From positions 1-45,536 of the forward strand of contig CAUZEB010000002.1 in the NCBI GenBank assembly GCA_963578655.1: DNA of 45,536 bases. The letters run 5' to 3'. Made by a program: the position numbers and the translations under genes. This DNA comes from Dehalococcoidia bacterium (GTDB lineage Bacteria > Chloroflexota > Dehalococcoidia > Lucifugimonadales > CAUZEB01). Numbering within the stretch: position 1 is the first letter of the stretch; the number at the start of each line of letters is the position of its first letter. Under the pieces are notes generated by a model. That model made no database searches, was not told where the DNA came from, and saw only the letters and a list, made by a program, of their open reading frames with translations. This document shows, one piece after another, positions 37,942 to 45,536 of the stretch.

Positions 37942-39039
37942 ATGGCGGTTTGTGCTACGACTGGCCTTTTGTTGGCCTTTTCCTTCGTGTCTTTAGGATG
38001 CGCATCGACTGTCCAAATAGAAAAAACCGAAAAGGTAACACAGTTAGACATTACCAACACACTACCTCCTAGTGGCAATGTGTTTCAGTCAGACCTAAAT
38101 CTAGGAGTGCTGCCATCCGTATCAGGTTTAGTGTCGAAAATAAACCCCGCCGTCGCAAGTATCGCCACAGACTCCCTTGACAGAGGGCTCTTTTTTAATT
38201 TCGCTAAGGAAGGAGCTGGTACAGGAATAGTAATAAGTTCTAATGGCTATGTAGTCACAAATTACCACGTTGTTAAAGACGCTGATGAAATTGTTGTCAA
38301 TCTGCCTAACGGAGACAGTCATGACGCTCAAATAATTGGAGGTGACAGGATCACCGATCTTGCAGTTATCAAGATCGATGTTGAGGATCTACCAATAGCT
38401 TATTTTGGTGATTCCGACAGATTGGCCGTAGGTGACTGGATAATCGCACTAGGAAATGCTTTAGCGCTAAAAGGCGGGCCAACTGTTACCCTTGGGATCG
38501 TAAGTGCCTTGGGTCGTACATTGCAAACTGAACAGGGCACTTTATATGATTTGATACAGACGGACGCTGCTATAAATAGCGGAAACAGTGGAGGCCCCCT
38601 AGTCAGTCTGGATGGTAAGGTCATTGGCATAAACACAGCTATATTGCGCCAAGGCCAAGCACAAGGAATCGGTTTCGCCATAAGTTCTTCAATAGCGATA
38701 CCAATAATTGATAGTTTAATAGAACATGGCCACGTAACAAGACCCTTGATTGGAATGGCTGGAGCCAACGTTACTTCAGCGTCTGCCAGACAACTAGGTC
38801 TTAATGTCACAGAAGGGGTGATAGTCACGCGTCTCTTGGAAAATGGTCCTGCTTCCTATGCAGGCATGAGAATAGGAGATGTTGTGACCAAGATGGACCG
38901 TATTCCTACTCCTGACATGTCTACCTTTCTCGGAATTCTCTGGACATATACGATCGGTGACGTCGTACAATTAGAACTCATAAGGGAAAAAAAGATATAT
39001 TTCGTTAATATAAAGCTCGTCGAACGACCCCCAGACTAA
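37942..39039 (+). CDS. htrA: HtrA/DegP-family trypsin-like serine protease with one PDZ domain
   Basis: Catalytic triad context TNYHVV, DLAVIKI and GNSGGPL, with a C-terminal PDZ (GVIVTRLLENGPASYAGMRIGDVV). N-terminal signal peptide MAVCATTGLLLAFSFVSLGCAS. The ATG at 37942 is preferred over the track start at 37897, which overlaps yihY. Confidence 0.85.
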   Translation: MAVCATTGLLLAFSFVSLGCASTVQIEKTEKVTQLDITNTLPPSGNVFQSDLNLGVLPSVSGLVSKINPAVASIATDSLDRGLFFNFAKEGAGTGIVISSNGYVVTNYHVVKDADEIVVNLPNGDSHDAQIIGGDRITDLAVIKIDVEDLPIAYFGDSDRLAVGDWIIALGNALALKGGPTVTLGIVSALGRTLQTEQGTLYDLIQTDAAINSGNSGGPLVSLDGKVIGINTAILRQGQAQGIGFAISSSIAIPIIDSLIEHGHVTRPLIGMAGANVTSASARQLGLNVTEGVIVTRLLENGPASYAGMRIGDVVTKMDRIPTPDMSTFLGILWTYTIGDVVQLELIREKKIYFVNIKLVERPPD

Positions 39040-39082
39040 ATACAAAATAGTGCGGCTACGAAACGTGGATCTATTATAGATC

Positions 39083-39805
39083 CTAGTCCTTCTCTCCAAC
39101 ATGGATAGCAACTGTCCCCAAAGCTAGGCTGCTATACGAGACATTTATCATACCCGCAGTCGACATCATTTCCATTAATTCTGATGGTTTTAGAAATTGC
39201 TGAACAGACTTTGGAAGATAAGTATAAGCCTCTCTGTCACCAGCAACTAACATCCCTAGAACAGGTGTCATATAACGAAAATAAAGTGGTATTAGCATAT
39301 CTTGAAGCATTCCTCTATTTTCAAGCTTAACTATTTCAAGAATAACTACTCGTCCACCAGATTTCATGACTCTGACCATTTCTTTCAAAGCCCTGGGTAG
39401 ATTAACGAAATTTCTAACACCGAAACCTACAGTCAAACAAGTAAAACTATTATCTGGAAAAGGAAGGTTGTGCGCATCTCCAATTACTAATTTAATTTTA
39501 TCGGATACCTCTTTGTGCGTGGCTTTATATAAGGCCAAAGTTAACATCTCTAGAGTATTGTCTAATGCCACTACCTCGGACACCCATTCCTTTCTCGCTA
39601 ATTCAATAGCAAAGTCTCCTGTCCCGGATGCCAAATCAAGCGCTCGTCCTGAGTCATTTTTAAATGCGAAGTTAGTGGCCATACGGCGCCATTTGTGATG
39701 CATCCCAGCCGTCATAACAGTGTTCATTAAATCGTAACGACGCGATATTCGAGCAAACATGCGATTTACGAATCTTACCTTATCTTGGCCACTAGAGAGA
39801 TCCAT
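39083..39805 (-). CDS. ubiE: Demethylmenaquinone/ubiquinone C-methyltransferase (UbiE/MenG family)
   Basis: 240 aa. FxxIxxRYDLMN N-terminal signature and SAM motif LDLASGTGDFAIEL. 14-nt overlap with the nnr end. Confidence 0.85.
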   Translation of the reverse strand: MDLSSGQDKVRFVNRMFARISRRYDLMNTVMTAGMHHKWRRMATNFAFKNDSGRALDLASGTGDFAIELARKEWVSEVVALDNTLEMLTLALYKATHKEVSDKIKLVIGDAHNLPFPDNSFTCLTVGFGVRNFVNLPRALKEMVRVMKSGGRVVILEIVKLENRGMLQDMLIPLYFRYMTPVLGMLVAGDREAYTYLPKSVQQFLKPSELMEMMSTAGMINVSYSSLALGTVAIHVGEKD

Positions 39806-41351
39806 CTGTCAAACCTTTAATAACATATGGTAATTCACATAGAAGGTCAGAAGCGATCATCCCAGTAGAACCCATACGTTCTCTGATGTTCTCACCTGCC
39901 TGGCCATGTACGAACACTCCTAACGCCGCGGCATTTTCGATACTAAGCCCTTGCGAAAGAAAGCCAGTAATCACACCTGCCAACACGTCTCCTGTGCCAG
40001 CAGTTGCCAATGCAGGATTGGCAAAAGGACTAACCATAACTCCGCCGTCAGGATCGGCCACTACAGTGTATGGACCCTTAAGAACAACAATTTTATTCCA
40101 CTGTGTAGCTGATGAACTCGCAATATTAATTCTTTCTTTAGAACTAATAACATCGGATGTCTGAAGGAGGCGTTTCATTTCATTTAAATGAGGAGTAATT
40201 ATCGCCTTAGTAGAAAAACTTCTCCACCATTCAGTTTTTTCAGATAAGATATTCAATCCATCAGCATCTACTATAATGGTTGGAAGTTTAGCATCAGAGT
40301 AAAGGATGTCTTGTAACATCTTTTTAGTTTCGTGTGATGTCCCCAAGCCACAACCCAACAAAATTGCTTTATATCCTTCTGATCGTTCCAATATGAATTC
40401 TGTCGCCTTCATTGAAACTTCTCCGTCAGTAGTTTCTGGCAATGGTAAAATAGTTGCTTCTGTAGTTTTTAATGCTATGGTAGTCTTAATACTTTGAGGT
40501 ATAGCAGCCGTCACCAGGCCAGATCCCACTCTAATAGCTGCGGCCGTGGCAAGATAAGGAGCACCAATATACTGACTAGAACCTCCCACTATTAGTGATT
40601 TGCCAAACGTACCTTTATGAGAATTTAAAGGTCTGGCAGGCAGGATTTCACGGGCCCACTCTACCGTCATAAGGTTAATAGATATAAACTCGTCTAAACC
40701 GTCAGGTATACCTATATCCCCTATTTCTAGAATTCCGATATTTTTCTCTATCGGTGAGAGATAATGACCTAATTTAGGGTAACCAAGTGCTATTGTGCAA
40801 TCGGCGATTGGCGCTGCAGGATCAATCCATCCAGTATCAGCGATAAGACCACTAGGCATATCAATTGCCAAAATTTTTAGAGAGGGACTTTTCCATTTTA
40901 TTTCATTCAATAGCAGAAATATTGTCTTAATAACCCCACTCAATTCGCGTGTGCAATTCGTGCCGAGTACTGCATCCAAGACCAAATGTGCATGTTCAAA
41001 AGCTTGTTGGACGCTGGAATAATTGAGCTTTAAATAGATATGGTGAACGGTTACACCAATTTCCTTGAGACGCTCCAGTCTCTGATCGGGTTCGGATCGG
41101 GCACTACAAATCAACACATCGACTTTAGCACCCCATCTTCTCAAATGACGAGCAGCCACAACACCATCGGTGCCGTTATTACCCGAACCAACCAATACTA
41201 CTATTGGGACACCCAATACCGGACCCAGATAATGCCTAGCTCGTTTGGCGACAGCTAGCCCTGCCTTTTCAATTAGGGTGTCAACTGAGACTCCTGATTT
41301 AACTGCATCGGCTTCTATCTGCGTCATTTGGCTTACAGTCACTATTTTCAA
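39792..41351 (-). CDS. nnr: Bifunctional NAD(P)H-hydrate repair enzyme (epimerase plus ADP-dependent dehydratase)
   Basis: 519 aa. N-terminal YjeF_N (GSGNNGTDG) and a C-terminal carbohydrate-kinase-like domain (GGSSQYIGAPYLA, GTGDVLAGVITG). Confidence 0.9.
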   Translation of the reverse strand: MKIVTVSQMTQIEADAVKSGVSVDTLIEKAGLAVAKRARHYLGPVLGVPIVVLVGSGNNGTDGVVAARHLRRWGAKVDVLICSARSEPDQRLERLKEIGVTVHHIYLKLNYSSVQQAFEHAHLVLDAVLGTNCTRELSGVIKTIFLLLNEIKWKSPSLKILAIDMPSGLIADTGWIDPAAPIADCTIALGYPKLGHYLSPIEKNIGILEIGDIGIPDGLDEFISINLMTVEWAREILPARPLNSHKGTFGKSLIVGGSSQYIGAPYLATAAAIRVGSGLVTAAIPQSIKTTIALKTTEATILPLPETTDGEVSMKATEFILERSEGYKAILLGCGLGTSHETKKMLQDILYSDAKLPTIIVDADGLNILSEKTEWWRSFSTKAIITPHLNEMKRLLQTSDVISSKERINIASSSATQWNKIVVLKGPYTVVADPDGGVMVSPFANPALATAGTGDVLAGVITGFLSQGLSIENAAALGVFVHGQAGENIRERMGSTGMIASDLLCELPYVIKGLTDGSL

Positions 41352-42274
41352 ATTCTACCCACCAATGATTTGAGTAATGCCCTTGTCCGAGTTAATGAGG
41401 CTACTTCATCAGAGCCGACAGGAAAAGGAGAAGCAAGGAATTCTGTAGTTCCGACATCGGAATATGCTCTAATCTGACGTTCTACTTCTACTTCGTTACC
41501 TATTATTGCCGTTTGAAATGGATGAGTAAATCCCTCTATTTTCAACATGCTCTGATAACTAGGTAAATGTCCATATCTCTCAAAGTTACGAATGGCTGTA
41601 TCTGTTGCAGTTTTACAGTCATCGGTTACAGTGACTGGTACTCCAACGCAAATTCTAGGAGCAGATCGGCTCGCAGTTTGAGCTGCATTTGTAATAATTG
41701 GAACTATGTGAGTGTCCAAGGTTTTACGTCCCACCATCCACGTAACAGTACCATCAGCTAACGTTCCTGCAATTTGTAACATCTTGGGGCCAAGTGCGGC
41801 TATTATTACAGGTAGGGGGCTCACGTTGAAATCGCTTAATTCAGCATCAACACACATTGTCTCCCCAGTAAACCTGACCTTATATTGCTCTAATAATGGC
41901 CTCAAAACCGAAAGGTATTCTTCCATTCTTAAAGCGGGCCTATCGAATATGAGTCCAAATTTTTGTTCTACAATTGGTTTGTGAGATAGACCTATACCGA
42001 GAGTAATTCTTCCTCCAGTCGCCTCCTGGGCAGTAAGGGCCTGTTGTGCAAGTGCTACCGGATGTCTGGGAAAAGTTGGTATGACAGCGGTTCCCATCTT
42101 TAAGCTACTAGTACGTTGACCTGCAAGAGCGAAAACAGTCAATGCGTCTACATTTAGCGTTTGCGCCCTCCAAAAACTGTCGAATCCGTCATTTTCAACG
42201 TCAACTGCTTGCTGCACTTGTCCTTCCAAAGTTGAGGCTATACCAAAAGATGTTATGAATATACCTATCTCCAC
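41348..42274 (-). CDS. Luciferase-like monooxygenase (LLM) class oxidoreductase, F420/FMN-dependent type (second paralog)
   Basis: 308 aa with a GTG start after GGAG plus 7 nt. LLM pattern: GFDSFW, LKMGTAVIPTFPRHP and GGRITLGIGLSH. 4-nt overlap with the nnr start. Confidence 0.8.
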   Translation of the reverse strand: MEIGIFITSFGIASTLEGQVQQAVDVENDGFDSFWRAQTLNVDALTVFALAGQRTSSLKMGTAVIPTFPRHPVALAQQALTAQEATGGRITLGIGLSHKPIVEQKFGLIFDRPALRMEEYLSVLRPLLEQYKVRFTGETMCVDAELSDFNVSPLPVIIAALGPKMLQIAGTLADGTVTWMVGRKTLDTHIVPIITNAAQTASRSAPRICVGVPVTVTDDCKTATDTAIRNFERYGHLPSYQSMLKIEGFTHPFQTAIIGNEVEVERQIRAYSDVGTTEFLASPFPVGSDEVASLTRTRALLKSLVGRI

Positions 42275-42359
42275 ATTTTTTCTCCGTCACATATTCCTGA
42301 GTAAGCTTATTTTACTTGTTTGTCGGCACAGATGATCCACACTTAGATCTACCAGTGCA

Positions 42360-42767
42360 TTATGCAAAACTGTTGTTATCTAGCAGAGGCCTGAAATTCC
42401 CAGTCTTGCTCTCTCCTACTACCGTCGCTACAGCATATTTATCGGTATCAGACAAACTGAGGGCAAGTTCTTCTACGCCAAGTTGTTCCGCTCGTACACG
42501 GGCAGTACAATGAAGTTTGATCAGTGGCACGACGTTTTTCTTTCGTACTATCTCTATGTCTCGCCAGCGTATTCCTCTTGTTCCAGTGCCAAGAGCCTTC
42601 ATGACCGCCTCTTTGGCAGCGAATCTGCGTGCAAATTGGGCTGGCCGTCCACGGCAAAAGACTATTTCTCCTTCAGTGTAAATCCGGTAAATGAATCTGT
42701 CACCATACTCTTCTATAATACGTCTTATGCGCGGTATCTCTACAATATCCACTCCGGTGATTAACAC
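42360..42767 (-). CDS. acpS: Holo-[acyl-carrier-protein] synthase (4'-phosphopantetheinyl transferase)
   Basis: 135 aa. GVDIVEIPRI, FAAKEAVMKALGTG and a trailing SLSDTDKYAVATVV typical of AcpS. GTG start. Confidence 0.85.
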   Translation of the reverse strand: MLITGVDIVEIPRIRRIIEEYGDRFIYRIYTEGEIVFCRGRPAQFARRFAAKEAVMKALGTGTRGIRWRDIEIVRKKNVVPLIKLHCTARVRAEQLGVEELALSLSDTDKYAVATVVGESKTGNFRPLLDNNSFA

Positions 42768-42838
42768 TGGTGAAATTCCTCCATGAAATTTATCTAAGTA
42801 TACTTCCTACCATTATGATGTAATACTCAAAGGAAGTC

Positions 42839-43732
42839 TTAAGTCTCTCCACTTACGGCAATTTCTGCTTTCTCTAGTATTGAGGGAATCAAATCTTCAC
42901 GACCGAGTGACATAATGTGAACACCTTGACACATGGGCCTTATCAACTTTATTACTCTAGCAGCAATTGCTACACTCGTTGATTCTGTATCTACCGACTT
43001 GTCTAGTTCTGCAATTACTGCCTTTGGAATAGACACTCCTGTAAGATTCCTATTAAGATTTGTTGCCATTCGAGCAGATGTTAACGTGATAATCCCACAG
43101 ATTATGGGAACCTTAAATTTGCTAACTCGGTCGATAAATTCCTGAAAGAGGTCAGGTTCGTAAACTGGCTGGGTTTGAAAAAAAGTTGCCCCTGCCTCAA
43201 CTTTGGCCTCCATACGTCGAATCTCCTTCTCTAGTTCAAGAGCTCCAGGATTCACAACAGCTCCTGAGAAAAATTCCGGCTCACCATCCAGATTCCTTCC
43301 ACTCATATCTTTACCTGAATTTAGAGAAGAAATAATACCTAACAGTTTAATCGCATCGACATCAAAAACAGGTTTGGCTTCTGGGTGATCACCTGAACTC
43401 GGGTGATCACCAGTCATACACAAAAGATTGGAAATGCCCAAGTCGAATGCTCCCAGGAGATCTGATTGAATAGCCAATCGATTTCTATCCCTACACGTAA
43501 TCTGTAATATAGGGCATTGGTTTTGAAGGATTAGTCGATGAGCCATCGCCATTGGACTCATAGCCATACGTGCCCTGTGAGAGTCGGTTAGATTAAAGGC
43601 GTCTACAATACCTTTCAAACGTTTTGCCTTTTCTAAAAGTGGTTTAATATTCGTCCCTTTGGGTGGATTTAATTCGGTAGTTACAATAAATTTACCCGAT
43701 TTCAGTCTCCTAGCAAAGTTATCCAAATGCAA
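42839..43732 (-). CDS. metF: Methylenetetrahydrofolate reductase (MetF-like)
   Basis: 297 aa. VTTELNPPKG (family sfEffPPk), DAFNLTDS, ITCRD and FFQTQPVY motifs. TTG start. Divergent from folD. Confidence 0.75.
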   Translation of the reverse strand: MHLDNFARRLKSGKFIVTTELNPPKGTNIKPLLEKAKRLKGIVDAFNLTDSHRARMAMSPMAMAHRLILQNQCPILQITCRDRNRLAIQSDLLGAFDLGISNLLCMTGDHPSSGDHPEAKPVFDVDAIKLLGIISSLNSGKDMSGRNLDGEPEFFSGAVVNPGALELEKEIRRMEAKVEAGATFFQTQPVYEPDLFQEFIDRVSKFKVPIICGIITLTSARMATNLNRNLTGVSIPKAVIAELDKSVDTESTSVAIAARVIKLIRPMCQGVHIMSLGREDLIPSILEKAEIAVSGET

Positions 43733-43882
43733 AAACTCCCCAATATTCGACTAGGCCCACAATTATCAAGCGTTTGAACAGCATTCATAACACTCACATT
43801 GAATAGGAGGGCTTTCTTAGAATCTAAACGCCTTATATAATTAGTTGGCCGCAGAGAGATTTTACACTTCAGAGGTGATTAA

Positions 43883-44782
43883 GTGAAGGGCAAGTTAATA
43901 GATGGAGTCGCATTAGCAAAAGAAATCAGAAATGAAGTCGCAGATCAGGTTATCGACATGAGATCAAAACACAATCTGGTCCCTGGTTTAGCAGCGATTC
44001 TAGTTGGAGAGGATCCAGCCTCACAGATTTATGTAAGTAATAAAGAGAAGGCTGCTACCCAAGTCGGAATGATCAGTAAAGTTTTCAAGCTGCCAAATGA
44101 TACCTCTGAAAACGAACTTATCACCCTCATCGAATGCCTAAACAACGATTCCACCTTTCATGGTATCCTTGTTCAACTTCCCCTCCCAAGTAAAATTAAT
44201 GAAGGTAAATGTATCGAGGCTATTTCTCCAACGAAGGATGTCGATGGGTTGCATCCAGTTAACGTCGGCCTGCTTGTTTCAGGCAAGCCTAGATTCATAT
44301 CAGCGACTCCGGCAGGTATTCAGCAAATGATTTTGCGTAACGGCTATAATATAGAAGGCAAGCACGTTGTTATTTGTGGGCGCAGTAACATCGTTGGTAA
44401 ACCTATTGCCAATCTATTAATGCAACGTTTACCGGGATCAAATGCAACAGTCACATTATGTCATAGCAAAACCAAGGATTTAGATGGTTTCACACGACAG
44501 GCAGATATTCTTATTGCAGCTATTGGTCAACCGAAATTCATTACACATGACATGGTAAAAGAAGGCGTAATAGTAATAGATGTGGGCATAAATAGAATTG
44601 ACGCCCCTGATAGGAAACGGGGTTATAAACTTGTAGGAGATGTGGATTTTGACTCGGTGTCTGAAAAGGCACTCGCGATAACCCCGGTGCCAGGAGGTGT
44701 AGGCCCCATGACCATAGCTATGCTACTCAACAATACGCTTAAGTCCGCCCATCTCTCTATAAAGACAAATTCTTTGATTTAG
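43883..44782 (+). CDS. folD: Bifunctional 5,10-methylene-THF dehydrogenase / 5,10-methenyl-THF cyclohydrolase
   Basis: 299 aa with a GTG start after GAGGTG. PGLAAILVGEDPASQIYV, HGILVQLPLP, DVDGLHP, GRSNIVGKP and PVPGGVGPMTIAML. Confidence 0.95.
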   Translation: MKGKLIDGVALAKEIRNEVADQVIDMRSKHNLVPGLAAILVGEDPASQIYVSNKEKAATQVGMISKVFKLPNDTSENELITLIECLNNDSTFHGILVQLPLPSKINEGKCIEAISPTKDVDGLHPVNVGLLVSGKPRFISATPAGIQQMILRNGYNIEGKHVVICGRSNIVGKPIANLLMQRLPGSNATVTLCHSKTKDLDGFTRQADILIAAIGQPKFITHDMVKEGVIVIDVGINRIDAPDRKRGYKLVGDVDFDSVSEKALAITPVPGGVGPMTIAMLLNNTLKSAHLSIKTNSLI

Positions 44783-44801
44783 ATAGCAACCACTTTATAG
44801 C

Positions 44802-45536
44802 ATGCTTGATTTCGATTATCAACTTCCTAAAGATCTTATAGCGCAAACTCCCACAGAGCCTCGGGATAACTCCAGGCTAATGGTCGTGACACGGAATAAC
44901 CGATCAATTCATCACGACACCTTCTTTAACTTGCCAGAATACTTACGCGATGGAGACGTCCTCGTATTCAACAACAGCAGAGTTATTTCTGCACGCTTAC
45001 AAGGCATTAGGGTCAAGACAGGAGGAAGGATAGAACTTCTACTGATTAAGCGTTTATCTCCTGGAATATGGAAAGCCCTCGTGAAACCTGGACGACGTAT
45101 GAAAGAAGGTACAGCCTTCCTTATACCAGATGGTAGTGGTAAGGGAGGTATCAACGGTGACGTAGTGGAAGTGGAAAAGGATGGTACCAGAATCGTACAT
45201 CTTTCAAACGAAGAACTGATACCCATCTTGGGCATGATACCATTACCTCCTTACATCAAGAAATCTGTACAGGATGAAGAACGCTACCAGACCGTTTATG
45301 GGGAAATTGACGGTAGCATTGCTGCACCAACTGCTGGGCTTCACTTCACTTCCAGCTTACTTGACAGGATCCGTGGTCTCGATATTAAAACCTTGTTTAC
45401 CACACTACATGTAGGATGGGATTCATTTAGACCTATAGATAATGAAGACCCCAAATGTCATAAAATGCACTCGGAATACTGGAACCTAGACGAGGAATGC
45501 GCCAATTCCATCAACAAGGCAAAACAGGAAGGTAGA
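44802..45536 (+). CDS. queA: S-adenosylmethionine:tRNA ribosyltransferase-isomerase, 3' end cut by window edge
   Basis: Own translation from ATG 44802 stays open to the window end (245 codons): MLDFDYQLPKDLIAQTPTEPRDNSRLMVV...PLPPYI...YQTVY...GSIAAPTAGLHFT. Not in the ORF track, which shows only an antisense shadow ORF at 44912..45235. Confidence 0.9.
   Translation, partial: MLDFDYQLPKDLIAQTPTEPRDNSRLMVVTRNNRSIHHDTFFNLPEYLRDGDVLVFNNSRVISARLQGIRVKTGGRIELLLIKRLSPGIWKALVKPGRRMKEGTAFLIPDGSGKGGINGDVVEVEKDGTRIVHLSNEELIPILGMIPLPPYIKKSVQDEERYQTVYGEIDGSIAAPTAGLHFTSSLLDRIRGLDIKTLFTTLHVGWDSFRPIDNEDPKCHKMHSEYWNLDEECANSINKAKQEGR

Noticed and set aside
43733-43882. THF or SAM riboswitch in the metF/folD divergent spacer
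   Set aside because: No resemblance to the conserved cores of those riboswitches as I recall them. The spacer is only 150 nt and must hold two promoters.
44912-45235. 107-aa minus-strand ORF from the track
   Set aside because: It lies antisense to a clear queA reading frame that is open from 44802 to the window end.
1-45536. Mobile elements, CRISPR arrays, defence islands, tRNA/rRNA genes
   Set aside because: There are no transposase, integrase or recombinase-like ORFs and no direct-repeat arrays. I saw no tRNA-like T-arm (GGTTCGAATCC-type) sequences in intergenic regions and no rRNA signatures. The search was by eye only, so tRNAscan-SE/Infernal would be the definitive check.

Overview
This window is a dense, mostly housekeeping stretch of a bacterial chromosome. 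I saw no rRNA, tRNA, CRISPR array, transposase, integrase or phage genes.

Supported genes:
- Translation and RNA: three aminoacyl-tRNA synthetases (lysS, ileS, serS), rsmD-coaD and queA.
- Membrane insertion block: rpmH-rnpA-yidD-(beta-propeller lipoprotein)-yidC-jag.
- Lipid synthesis: two hotdog dehydratase subunits, plsX, fabG, a FabL-like enoyl reductase and acpS.
- C1/folate: metF-like, folD and a YgfZ-family protein.
- Fe-S: an erpA/iscA-like carrier.
- Envelope and repair: HtrA, YihY, a BI-1 family protein, an AI-2E transporter, nnr and ubiE/menG.
- Accessory-looking redox and acyl-CoA genes, many in pairs: two FAD ThiO/DAO-like oxidases, two luciferase-like (LLM, F420/FMN type) oxidoreductases, two crotonases plus an acyl-CoA ligase, an ICL/PEP-mutase family protein, a cupin, NIPSNAP, a class-III aminotransferase and an amidohydrolase.

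Lineage: the gene content, the monoderm-type short YidC with jag, frequent GTG/TTG starts with strong GGAGG-type ribosome-binding sites, and a low GC by eye (about 40 percent, not computed) would fit a marine Chloroflexota-like organism such as SAR202. That is inference only.

Several longest-ORF starts in the supplied track overshoot a start with a better ribosome-binding site. I give the shorter coordinates for plsX, fabG, NIPSNAP, fabL, erpA, the cupin, htrA and the second FAD oxidase.

I found no clear-cut new defence or mobile system. The observations most worth follow-up are:
1. A perfect 56-nt palindrome upstream of rpmH.
2. A beta-propeller lipoprotein wedged between yidD and yidC.
3. 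A 104-nt dual-coding overlap between the yidC basic tail and the jag N-terminus.
4. A HadAB-like hotdog pair heading a non-canonical plsX-fabG locus.
5. An A-type Fe-S carrier followed by YgfZ.
6. Two decayed genes: a split HAD and an enolase-superfamily stub.
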